Assembly (NCBI GenBank): GCA_049322335.1
Contig: JBMORL010000020.1
Span: 58,482-122,481, forward strand
Direction: 5' to 3'
DNA from: Bacteroidota bacterium
Lineage (GTDB): Bacteria; Bacteroidota; Bacteroidia; Flavobacteriales_D; UBA2798
Length of the DNA: 64,000 nt
Positions within the stretch are counted from its first letter, which is position 1, and every line of letters begins with the position of its first letter. The notes under the pieces were generated by a model. The model saw only the letters and a list, made by a program, of their open reading frames with translations. It had not been told where the DNA came from and searched no databases. Positions 1-7,107 of this stretch are shown here, in pieces. Position numbers and translations under genes: made by a program.

Positions 1-416
1 GAAGTGAGCGTGCTTACAATGAACGTGTTTCCGTCTTTCAGTTTTTTGCAGGTGAAAGTACCGATGAATGGAAACAACTTACCGCTACAGCCGGTGGAAC
101 CACATTCACCATTCCTGTTGACGAAAACACCTATGTGGTTTCTACCGTTGCTGAAAGCACTTTTGTAAAAGACCCTGTAATTGAAAATGCCGACATGGAC
201 ATTCACATTATTGGCGGATGTTTTATGGATCCCAACAATGCCGGTAACCAGGTGAAACTTTTACAGCAACAGGGATACAGTGCCTACATCCTGGATAAAC
301 ACAATGGTTTACACAGGGTGGCCATCAGCAGCCATGCCGACATGGGAGAAGCCATGCTTCACCTGAAAGATATCCGCGCTAAAGGAAATACAGCCGCCTG
401 GATTCTGGAAAAATAA
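1..416 (+). CDS. SPOR-domain protein, C-terminal part (5' end outside the window)
   Basis: The frame of track ORF 135..416 is open back to nt 3 (no stop), and the track start at 135 is an internal GTG. The C-terminal ~70 aa (HIIGGCF..NAGNQVKLLQQQGYSAYILDKHNGLHRVAISS..AAWILEK) fit the SPOR peptidoglycan-binding domain pattern. Confidence 0.6.
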   Translation, partial: SERAYNERVSVFQFFAGESTDEWKQLTATAGGTTFTIPVDENTYVVSTVAESTFVKDPVIENADMDIHIIGGCFMDPNNAGNQVKLLQQQGYSAYILDKHNGLHRVAISSHADMGEAMLHLKDIRAKGNTAAWILEK

Positions 417-696
417 TTTCTTCATTGCAAAAAATATTACGGCATGAAAAAACTTTACTTCCTGTTTTTTATTAACCGTAAAACGCAAATGGAACAAAGG
501 CAGTTTTATATTTCCCGAAATAGTTTAGCTATCGGTCAATATCTGCCGGAGATCGTTTATGCCCACTCTGCCACGCGCCTGAAAGTGAATTTCAGATGAA
601 GCATGGAAATTGAATGAATTGATTATTTTTGCAGGCTTTTTGTTCTTTAGCATACATTTTCATTTCATTGCTGTTATAAAAACAGCAATGAAAAAT

Positions 697-772
697 GGCC
701 CCATAGTTCAACAGGATAGAACGGGAGTTTCCTAAACTTCTAATCGAGGTTCGAGTCCCCGTGGGGCTACCA
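697..772 (+). tRNA. tRNA-Arg (anticodon CCT)
   Basis: Manual cloverleaf. Acceptor GGCCCCA (697-703) pairs with TGGGGCT (762-768). D arm is GTTC/GAAC. Anticodon stem is GGAGT/ACTTC with loop TTCCTAA (CCT at 731-733). T arm is CGAGG-TTCGAGT-CCCCG with one A.C mismatch. Discriminator is A, CCA is encoded at 770-772, and the total is 76 nt. Confidence 0.9.
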
Positions 773-774
773 AT

Positions 775-816
775 GAAGCAGTCCGTCCCATAGGGCGGGC
801 GCTTCATTATTTTTTT
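775..816 (+). terminator. Hairpin plus T-run directly after the tRNA
   Basis: GAAGC (775-779) pairs with GCTTC (801-805). These enclose the imperfect inner stem GTCCGTCCC/GGGCGGGC, followed by TTATTTTTTT (806-816). Confidence 0.5.
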
Positions 817-849
817 GGCAAAAAGATAAATATTTTGTTATTTTCGAAT

Positions 850-1536
850 ATGAGAAAAAAGCCATCCCTAATTACCGAATCGTTCGAATTTATTTCCAGT
901 GAACTTTTTTCGAGGTACTCGGATGTCATCCCCGAAATAATTGGTAAATCTTCCGGAGTTTATGCATTATTCAACAACTATCGGCTTTATTATATAGGAA
1001 GAGCAAAAAATTTAAAAAGTCGTGTTAAACAACATTTGAAGGATAAACATCAAAAACGCTGGACGCATTTCAGTTTATACCTTATACGATATGATGAACA
1101 CATAGATGATGTAGAATCATTGTTAATCCGGATTGCTGCTCCGAAGGGTAATACAGCCAGGCCGAGAAGTGTGGATTTTAAGGGAGAGAAAAAAATAAGA
1201 TATATTATCAAACAACGACAAAAAGAAGAATTGAATAATTTACTACCGGATAAACGAAAAAATAAAACTATCAGTAAAAGGAACAAAAAAATCAAATTTG
1301 ATTCTTTAAAAGGATTAGTTACAAAACGTACATCATTATACAAGACATATAAAGGGAAAACTTATGTTGCTACATTAACACCCGCAGGCTGTATTATATT
1401 CAACAATAAAAAATACTATCGCCCTACTTCTGCTGCAAAAGCAATAATCAAAAATAGAACAGTTAACGGATGGACTTTTTGGAAGTTTAAAAATAATAAT
1501 GGGGGTCTCGTTTCTTTGAATCAAATGAGACAATAA
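850..1536 (+). CDS. GIY-YIG nuclease family protein with DUF4357-like C-terminal tail
   Basis: Track ORF 835..1536 starts at TTG; the first ATG is at 850 (MRKKPSL). It has the GIY-YIG signature GVYALF..LYYIGRAKNLKSRVKQH and a conserved Glu (DDVESLLI). The C-terminal YRPTSAAKAIIKNRTVNGWTFWK resembles the tail often fused to GIY-YIG domains (recalled, not searched). Confidence 0.7.
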   Translation: MRKKPSLITESFEFISSELFSRYSDVIPEIIGKSSGVYALFNNYRLYYIGRAKNLKSRVKQHLKDKHQKRWTHFSLYLIRYDEHIDDVESLLIRIAAPKGNTARPRSVDFKGEKKIRYIIKQRQKEELNNLLPDKRKNKTISKRNKKIKFDSLKGLVTKRTSLYKTYKGKTYVATLTPAGCIIFNNKKYYRPTSAAKAIIKNRTVNGWTFWKFKNNNGGLVSLNQMRQ

Positions 1537-1573
1537 TAAATAATGCCGGATGAACTCCGGCATTACTTTACAA

Positions 1574-1765
1574 CTATTTATAATACTTTAATATTAATAA
1601 AATAGCTAAAATCGCAACAGTTAACACAACTATAAAACTAACAATCTTCGCAGCCGTGCCATATACGGTGATACAACTATTGTCAGTACAAACCGTTGCT
1701 ATTTCATTCGAATTGTAAATATTATTCATATTTCTATACGAATTAAAATAATTAATAATTTCCAT
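1574..1765 (-). CDS. Small tail-anchored membrane protein (hypothetical)
   Basis: Track ORF 1574..1810. The ATG at 1765 gives 63 aa (MEIINYF..) ending in one hydrophobic helix (IVSFIVVLTVAILAILLILKYYK). No family recognised. Confidence 0.4.
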   Translation of the reverse strand: MEIINYFNSYRNMNNIYNSNEIATVCTDNSCITVYGTAAKIVSFIVVLTVAILAILLILKYYK

Positions 1766-1788
1766 CGCTCTACCCGGATGGTTTAGGT

Positions 1789-2088
1789 TTATTTGCCGTT
1801 TTGATAGCATGCTACCAAACTAAGCAACAAAAGCAGTCCTCCAATTTTTGCACCCTCATTTTTACTACATAGAAGCAGTGCCGAGGCAACCATTCCTCCG
1901 TGAACGATGTCTTCTGCTGTTTCATCATCCATTGAATCATTTAACTCAAATGAATTTTTAAACCCGTGTGCCGTTCGCATACTAACTGTCCTGCCGGTTT
2001 TATCACCTAATGCTTCATTTATTGCCTTTGATGCATCGGTTAATATTCCATAGTTTCTTTTACTCTTTTTTATAAGTTTATGTGCCAT
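1789..2088 (-). CDS. Small protein with C-terminal hydrophobic segment (hypothetical)
   Basis: Track ORF 1789..2106 begins at TTG; the first ATG is at 2088 (MAHKLIKK, 99 aa). The N-terminal two thirds are polar and the C-terminus is hydrophobic (GGMVASALLL..IGGLLLLLSLVACY). Confidence 0.4.
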   Translation of the reverse strand: MAHKLIKKSKRNYGILTDASKAINEALGDKTGRTVSMRTAHGFKNSFELNDSMDDETAEDIVHGGMVASALLLCSKNEGAKIGGLLLLLSLVACYQNGK

Positions 2089-2152
2089 AATATTTATTTT
2101 ATACAAATTTCAGTTTTTTTATCACGAAAAAATGGGGAAAAATCCCCAAAAT

Positions 2153-2773
2153 TCATTTATTAATTTTTTTTAGTTCCTTTCTGAGTGAAGATCGCTCCAT
2201 GCCCAGATAAGAAGCAATATCATTAATTTTTGCTTTTTTCCAAACATCCCGGAATTCAGATAAAAAGTGTTGTATTTTTTCTATACCAGTTGATTGAAGT
2301 ATATGAATTCTATCCATTGCATTAATGTAACTTTGCTCAGCAAAAATTCTCCCTATTCTATTCATATTCGGAATTTTATCGTACAATTTTTCCAAGTTGT
2401 CCTTTGATATTACCACCAGTTGGCTATTTTCTTCTGCAATAATGTTTTCATTTGATTTTTCATTATTAAAAAAACTGTTAAAATCGCAAACTATCAGGTT
2501 TCTGGGTAACTCGGGCATAAGATAAAATCTCGAAGTAATAATCTCGGAATCATTTTTTCGGTTATTATACCTTTCATATCTGGCCACCAAATATCCATTT
2601 ATCAGAATACCCAATTGGGGGCAATATGATCCCTTTTTACAAAAAAAATCTCCCTTTTTAAGAGATAATTCGTCAAACGATTCCATTATCAGCGACACAT
2701 CATTTTGATCCAAATTATACTGTTTTAGAACATTTCTAAAAACTTCTTTTGTATTTGACTTTGATACTCTCAT
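2153..2773 (-). CDS. Crp/Fnr family transcriptional regulator (cNMP-binding domain + HTH)
   Basis: Track ORF 2153..2851. The ATG at 2773 (MRVSKSN) removes the overlap with the upstream gene. It has a cNMP-binding barrel region (LKKGDFFCKKGSYCPQLGILINGYLVA) and a C-terminal HTH (INDIASYLGMERSSLRKELKK). Confidence 0.75.
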   Translation of the reverse strand: MRVSKSNTKEVFRNVLKQYNLDQNDVSLIMESFDELSLKKGDFFCKKGSYCPQLGILINGYLVARYERYNNRKNDSEIITSRFYLMPELPRNLIVCDFNSFFNNEKSNENIIAEENSQLVVISKDNLEKLYDKIPNMNRIGRIFAEQSYINAMDRIHILQSTGIEKIQHFLSEFRDVWKKAKINDIASYLGMERSSLRKELKKINK

Positions 2774-2793
2774 ATTTAAAATTTTCAACAAAC

Positions 2794-3486
2794 CTATGCC
2801 GCTTTCATTTCCCTGATTACTTGTTTCCACGCCTTGTGCATGCTGTAACACATTTCCTTTATTTTAATCATGTCTAATGTTATATTACTAAAAGAATTTA
2901 TTGTTGTTCCTGCAAAAGGATCAATACAAAAACAAAGTTCAGGATTTGGAATTTCTCCCTCTAAAGTTATATGATTAGAGACATATTGATAAAGCAATGT
3001 TGTTACAATTTTTGATTGCGAATTATTGAAAGGTTTTCTTTTTGAAATATGAATCTGACATGCTCCAACATGTATTTCACCGTTCATTTTTATTTTGAAT
3101 ACTAATGTTGGTTTTAACTTTACCCGCACCCCATAGAATGTAAGATATTTTAACTCCGAACTTATTACTTCAACTTTATTCTCTTTTATTAAAGTTGGAA
3201 GTTCTATTTTTTGAAATTTTTTCAATGCTTCGATAGAACATTCTTTATCAATTTTTTTGTTTTTCTTTTCTGGTTTTCGGGCATTTAGTGTTTTAATTCC
3301 ATTATTTACAGGACTTAAATCACCGCTAAGTCCAATTGATTTCTTAATCCTTGCTTTTGCAAGTTGATACCATTGAGCTTTTATTTTATTAACTTTAAGC
3401 TGTTCTTTGAGAATCGCCCTTTGCCTGGATTCACTAGCCATTAAATATTCAGCAAACGAATTGATAGAAATAGAATAATCTTTCAT
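2794..3486 (-). CDS. Hypothetical protein (230 aa, no family recognised)
   Basis: Intact ATG-initiated ORF that ends 20 nt upstream of the Crp-like gene on the same strand. It is Lys-rich and AT-rich in codon usage. A weak E..QIHISK motif is not sufficient to call a nuclease. Confidence 0.6.
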   Translation of the reverse strand: MKDYSISINSFAEYLMASESRQRAILKEQLKVNKIKAQWYQLAKARIKKSIGLSGDLSPVNNGIKTLNARKPEKKNKKIDKECSIEALKKFQKIELPTLIKENKVEVISSELKYLTFYGVRVKLKPTLVFKIKMNGEIHVGACQIHISKRKPFNNSQSKIVTTLLYQYVSNHITLEGEIPNPELCFCIDPFAGTTINSFSNITLDMIKIKEMCYSMHKAWKQVIREMKAA

Positions 3487-3681
3487 AGTATGAGTTTAAC
3501 AATCAGACGTATAAATAATTATTAGGTTGCTTTAATGATAAATTTTACGATATATTGATTTTGAATTATTTATATGTTTATAAATGTTTTATTTTATTTT
3601 ACTTTATCAATAATTATCCTATCTTCGCACAACAAATCCAACACCTTTCGCGTTTTAAACCTATAAACGAGGAGCTAAAGC

Positions 3682-4737
3682 ATGATACAATTCCCTGAAC
3701 GATTGTTTGCTGCCCGCAAAATGCGGGGCTGGTCGCTGGAGGAACTTTCTCATCAAATGGGAAAGTATAAGATCAGCGTGCAAGCCCTGAACAAATTCGA
3801 AAACGGTGATCTTCCCCTGTCGGAAGAAGTATTGTTTCACCTTTGCGATGCACTGGGAGTAAAACATGATTTTTTTTACCGCACCACCAAAGTGGAAATG
3901 GAAAAAGTGAATTTCCGTAAGCTGCAATCATTTCCCGCCAAACTGCAGGATAAGATCATCTATCAAACCCGCGATTTCGTGGAACGCTACCTCGAACTGG
4001 AAGACCTGCTGGGTATCTCACCGAATTTTAATGTGAGAAAATATACAGGCTTTAAAATAAAATCGGCAGAAGACGTGGAAGAAGCCGCTGCCTTTATCCG
4101 TAAAGAATGGAAACTGGGAAATGGTCCGCTGTATAATGTAGTGGAAATGCTCGAAGACCAGCACATCAAAGTATTTGAAATGGAAGAAGAAGACGGCTTC
4201 CAGGGTATGTCTGCTATTCTTCAGAAAAAAATTGCTGTTATCGTGCTGAATAAAAATCAGCAAATATCCAATACCCGCAAACGATTTACCGCTTTGCATG
4301 AACTCGGACATCTTGTAATGGATATTGACCATCTCTCTGAAAAAACACAGGAAGAATACTGTCACCGTTTCGCGGGGGCCATGCTTATTCCCAAAGAAAA
4401 ACTGCTGGAGGAAATAGGCAGTCCGAAGCGGACAAAAATTCTGTTGAGCGAATTGGGCCAACTGAAAAAGCAATACGGAATTTCCATTTCAGCATTATTG
4501 TTTCGTTTAAGGGATTGTGGGATCATTTCAGCTACTTTTTGTTATGCGATGATGAACGAAATGCGCAGGCTGGGAATTTTTGAACGCGAACCCGAAGAAT
4601 ATGATTACCGGGGAGAAGAAAAATCGAACCGTTTTTTGCAATTACTGCTGCGCGGCATTTCGATGGAAGTGATCAGTACCACCAAGGCCGCTTCGCTCAA
4701 TAACCAGAAGCTGGCGGAATTCAGAAAACTCATGTAA
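3682..4737 (+). CDS. XRE-family HTH fused to ImmA/IrrE (COG2856) metallopeptidase domain
   Basis: N-terminal HTH (FAARKMRGWSLEELSHQMGKYKISVQALNKFENG) and a downstream HExxH zinc motif in ALHELGHLVM, typical of ImmA/IrrE. Confidence 0.85.
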   Translation: MIQFPERLFAARKMRGWSLEELSHQMGKYKISVQALNKFENGDLPLSEEVLFHLCDALGVKHDFFYRTTKVEMEKVNFRKLQSFPAKLQDKIIYQTRDFVERYLELEDLLGISPNFNVRKYTGFKIKSAEDVEEAAAFIRKEWKLGNGPLYNVVEMLEDQHIKVFEMEEEDGFQGMSAILQKKIAVIVLNKNQQISNTRKRFTALHELGHLVMDIDHLSEKTQEEYCHRFAGAMLIPKEKLLEEIGSPKRTKILLSELGQLKKQYGISISALLFRLRDCGIISATFCYAMMNEMRRLGIFEREPEEYDYRGEEKSNRFLQLLLRGISMEVISTTKAASLNNQKLAEFRKLM

Positions 4738-4746
4738 TACTTTCGC

Positions 4747-5259
4747 ATGAGGATTGCCATTACCGATGCCAATATTTTTATTGACCTTTTTTACCTGGAA
4801 GCGGTGAAACATTTGTTTTTTATCCGCTGCGAGATCATTACCACCGACCAGGTGATAGCAGAACTGGAGGAAGAACAGGCAGAAAAGTTGTATGCATTTA
4901 TGCACGAAGGATTACTTACGGTAGAATGTATTACAACAGCCGACCGGCAGCGCATGCGTGAACTACGATCATTCAGGGGCTTATCGGAAAGCGACCTTTC
5001 TGTAATTTGCCTTGCCGAACGATGTGATGCCATAGTGCTTTCGGGAGACGACCTGGTGAGGAAAACCTGCAAAAAAAACCAAATTGAAATTCATGGCATC
5101 CTGTGGTGCCTTCACCAATTTACGGAAAACGGCCGGATGGAAAAAACACATGCCTGTGAAATGCTGATACAACTAATGAAATTCAATAAACGTTTGCCTT
5201 TGCCGGATTGTAAAAGATATATTGAAGAAAAATGGGGTGGCAGGATGGAAGAAGAATGA
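4747..5259 (+). CDS. PIN-domain protein (putative ribonuclease/toxin)
   Basis: Starts 9 nt after the XRE-ImmA stop. It shows the PIN-like acidic pattern: D in IAITDANIF, E in VIAELEEE, D in SESDLSVI, and DD in LSGDDLV. Confidence 0.7.
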   Translation: MRIAITDANIFIDLFYLEAVKHLFFIRCEIITTDQVIAELEEEQAEKLYAFMHEGLLTVECITTADRQRMRELRSFRGLSESDLSVICLAERCDAIVLSGDDLVRKTCKKNQIEIHGILWCLHQFTENGRMEKTHACEMLIQLMKFNKRLPLPDCKRYIEEKWGGRMEEE

Positions 5260-5306
5260 TTTTTACAATCTGCCTGTCAAAAATAAATATCGTTACAGGC
5301 CGCAAA

Positions 5307-5343
5307 TAAAAAAACACAGGTGTGCGAACACACCTGCGTTTTC
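5307..5343. terminator. Bidirectional hairpin terminator
   Basis: An 8-bp stem CAGGTGTG (5317-5324) / CACACCTG (5329-5336) with loop CGAA. An A-run lies on the plus side upstream, which reads as T7 for minus-strand transcripts. GTTTTC follows on the plus strand. Confidence 0.5.
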
Positions 5344-5419
5344 GGAATGGTTGCGGACTTTCACACCTTTCAGTATTTATATCCGTAATATGCCTTTCTT
5401 AATTAAATGTGAGCTACAA

Positions 5420-5804
5420 AAAAACGGTTTTTTAACCCGCCTTCGGGTTTTGAAGTTTAACCGTCTTTTATAATGGGTATGTCTTCTTCAACCGGAACAT
5501 ACAGGTTGCCCTTGTATGCCGCAACTTTCGCTACCTTCGGACGGGTAAAGATTACATCAAAAAGACATAACCTCCCCGCGCCTGTTTTGCACCTGCCAAC
5601 TTTCTTTTCACAATTCATCATAGTGTTACCTGCGACAAATCCTCCGGACAAGCAGGTAAACCTGCCTGCCTGATACGAACCGGACTTTCACCTTTTCGTA
5701 TATCAGTTTGCACTGCCTTTGAGCCTGCCGGTTTTACCGGGCTTTTTACCACCCTTATTGTCCGGCTTAACCAATGCGTAAAGAACGTTGTTGTTTAACT
5801 AAGA
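5420..5804 (-). ncRNA. Candidate structured ncRNA, unclassified
   Basis: No credible ORF lies between 5260 and 5907. On the minus strand a TAcaTTTG -7 box (plus coordinates 5810-5817) lies upstream. A hairpin AACCCG-CCTT-CGGGTT (5434-5449) plus a T-run lies at the 3' end. Local hairpins are dense between them, e.g. ATACGAA/TTCGTAT around a GGTGAAAGTCCGG loop, GCAGG-TTTA-CCTGC, and CATACA/TGTATG. TATGTCTT/AAGACATA forms a long-range pair. Boundaries are approximate. Confidence 0.3.
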
Positions 5805-5907
5805 CGTTACAAATGTATAACTTCTGTATACCCGTTACCGTGACTTCGCGCATACCTGCCTGTGATTGATGGCATTCTTTAAAAAAAAGTAAAGATCAGC
5901 GCTTCGT

Positions 5908-6465
5908 TCATTTATCATCTCCTGATTCCTCATACAACCTCCATCCCCACTCTCCCTTTCTCATCACATACGATTTTTGTTTTCCTTTTTTATCATATAA
6001 ATGACAAAACCAGGTGAAAGGCTCATTATTGTAATGTTGTAAATAATTAAAATACTGCTGCAATTTTCCGGATGAGTTGTATTCTTTGCAGGAAATATAT
6101 TCACCGTTTTTTAACAGATGCTCTGAACGGGCCACTCCTTTTTCATCTTTCCATATAAAGGTTCCGTTGAGCAATTTGTTTCCCGCAAAACCGGAAGAAT
6201 CAGCTGAACGCATTTCCAGCGTCCACCCTTTTCTTCCACAGGGCCCCATGGGATAAACGTTGACGCCATGATCGTAATACGTATGCCGGATGTAAATTGC
6301 TTTGCTGCTATCAGAAACTTCTGCCCACTGTTCATCCAGGTATACTTTCCATTTTCCGTGTTTTTTACCGTTATCGTCATAACCATTCATCGTTGTATCC
6401 GTTTGAGGAAAAACGGGAAAGACTGATGCCAGCAGCAGGATGTTAATCAGAATATATTCTTTCAT
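5908..6465 (-). CDS. Secreted protein with MORN-variant/YwqK-like repeats (hypothetical)
   Basis: Signal peptide MKEYILINILLLASVFPVFPQ. Repeated G/K/W motifs are present (NGKKHGKWKVY, NGTFIWKDEKG, KNGEYISCKEYNSSGKL). Confidence 0.55.
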   Translation of the reverse strand: MKEYILINILLLASVFPVFPQTDTTMNGYDDNGKKHGKWKVYLDEQWAEVSDSSKAIYIRHTYYDHGVNVYPMGPCGRKGWTLEMRSADSSGFAGNKLLNGTFIWKDEKGVARSEHLLKNGEYISCKEYNSSGKLQQYFNYLQHYNNEPFTWFCHLYDKKGKQKSYVMRKGEWGWRLYEESGDDK

Positions 6466-6623
6466 AGCTAACGATTTAATAGTTAATGGTGCACCTGTAA
6501 AAAAGTAACCCTGTTTTCTTACCGCCTATCCCTCTTTTTTCCCGGAAACGGCTCCGGAACATCCGCATAAGGGGCGTTTTTGCCGCTCACCCATTTTAAC
6601 TTTCTTTTTTCGGGGGTTCAGCG

Positions 6624-6631
6624 TATATTTG
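6624..6631 (+). promoter_or_regulatory. Bacteroidota-type -7 box (TAtaTTTG) upstream of the MarR gene
   Basis: TATATTTG lies 32 nt upstream of the ATG at 6663. It is followed by the direct repeat TAAAGCAA (6633-6640 and 6648-6655), a possible operator. Confidence 0.3.
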
Positions 6632-6662
6632 ATAAAGCAATAATTGTTAAAGCAACTAATTT

Positions 6663-7094
6663 ATGAAAGACACTGGCCTCGAAAATCTTTACATCTTCCT
6701 GGCCGAGAAGATGGTGAAGAACTATAAGCAAGGCTCGCAAAATATATTAAATGAACTGAAAACGGGAATTACCGTTGACCAGTGGGTGGTGCTGAAATAC
6801 ATCAGCGAAAACGATGGGGCGAACCAGGTGGACATAGCCAGGTCATCCGCCAAGGACGCCCCAACCACTACCCGAATCATCGATCAGCTGGTGCGTAAAA
6901 AACTCGTACAGCGAAAAGCCGATGCCAGCGACCGCAGGAAGTTTAAAGTAATGATGACTCAAAAAGGAGAAACGCTGGAAAAAAAAATAGTTCCGCATAT
7001 TCTTAAGCACCGGCAAAACGTGATCAAAGGAATTAAAAACAATGAACTGAATGCTTTGGTAAAAACACTCAAAAAAATGATAAACAATCTGTAA
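6663..7094 (+). CDS. MarR family transcriptional regulator
   Basis: 143 aa with a winged-helix region (VDQWVVLKYISENDGANQVDIARSSAKDAPTTTRIIDQLVRKKLVQRKADASDRRK). Confidence 0.85.
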   Translation: MKDTGLENLYIFLAEKMVKNYKQGSQNILNELKTGITVDQWVVLKYISENDGANQVDIARSSAKDAPTTTRIIDQLVRKKLVQRKADASDRRKFKVMMTQKGETLEKKIVPHILKHRQNVIKGIKNNELNALVKTLKKMINNL

Positions 7095-7107
7095 TACGAT
7101 TTTATAC

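Noticed and set aside
5560-5670. Cobalamin riboswitch on the plus strand, suggested by a B12-box-like AGCAGGTAAACCTGCC at ~5650-5668 and CCCCGCGCCTGT upstream.
   Set aside because: The core GGTG..AA.CC / AAGGGAA elements are not convincingly present. No plus-strand gene lies downstream to regulate, because the next gene (5908-6465) is on the minus strand.
5420-5804. RNase P RNA (rnpB) on the minus strand. The suggestion came from GGTGAAAGTCCGG, which resembles the CR-I/P4 sequence GAGGAAAGUCCGG, from a CAGGCAGG..CAGGTAAC stretch, and from the ~385-nt size.
   Set aside because: No ACAGAA-CCGGCUUA (CR-V, the 3' strand of P4) exists on the same strand; the only CCGGCTTA (5762-5769) is on the opposite strand. 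The CR-I-like motif sits in the loop of a local hairpin and occurs twice (also at 5350-5367). It lies ~110 nt from the putative 5' end, which is too far.
800-5900. Integrase gene or att direct repeat delimiting the tRNA-linked islet.
   Set aside because: No tyrosine or serine recombinase motifs appear in any ORF here. By eye I could not find a repeat of the tRNA 3' segment (GGTTCGAGTCCCCGTGGGGCTACCA). Absence by eye is not proof, so this is listed as a check under the islet finding.
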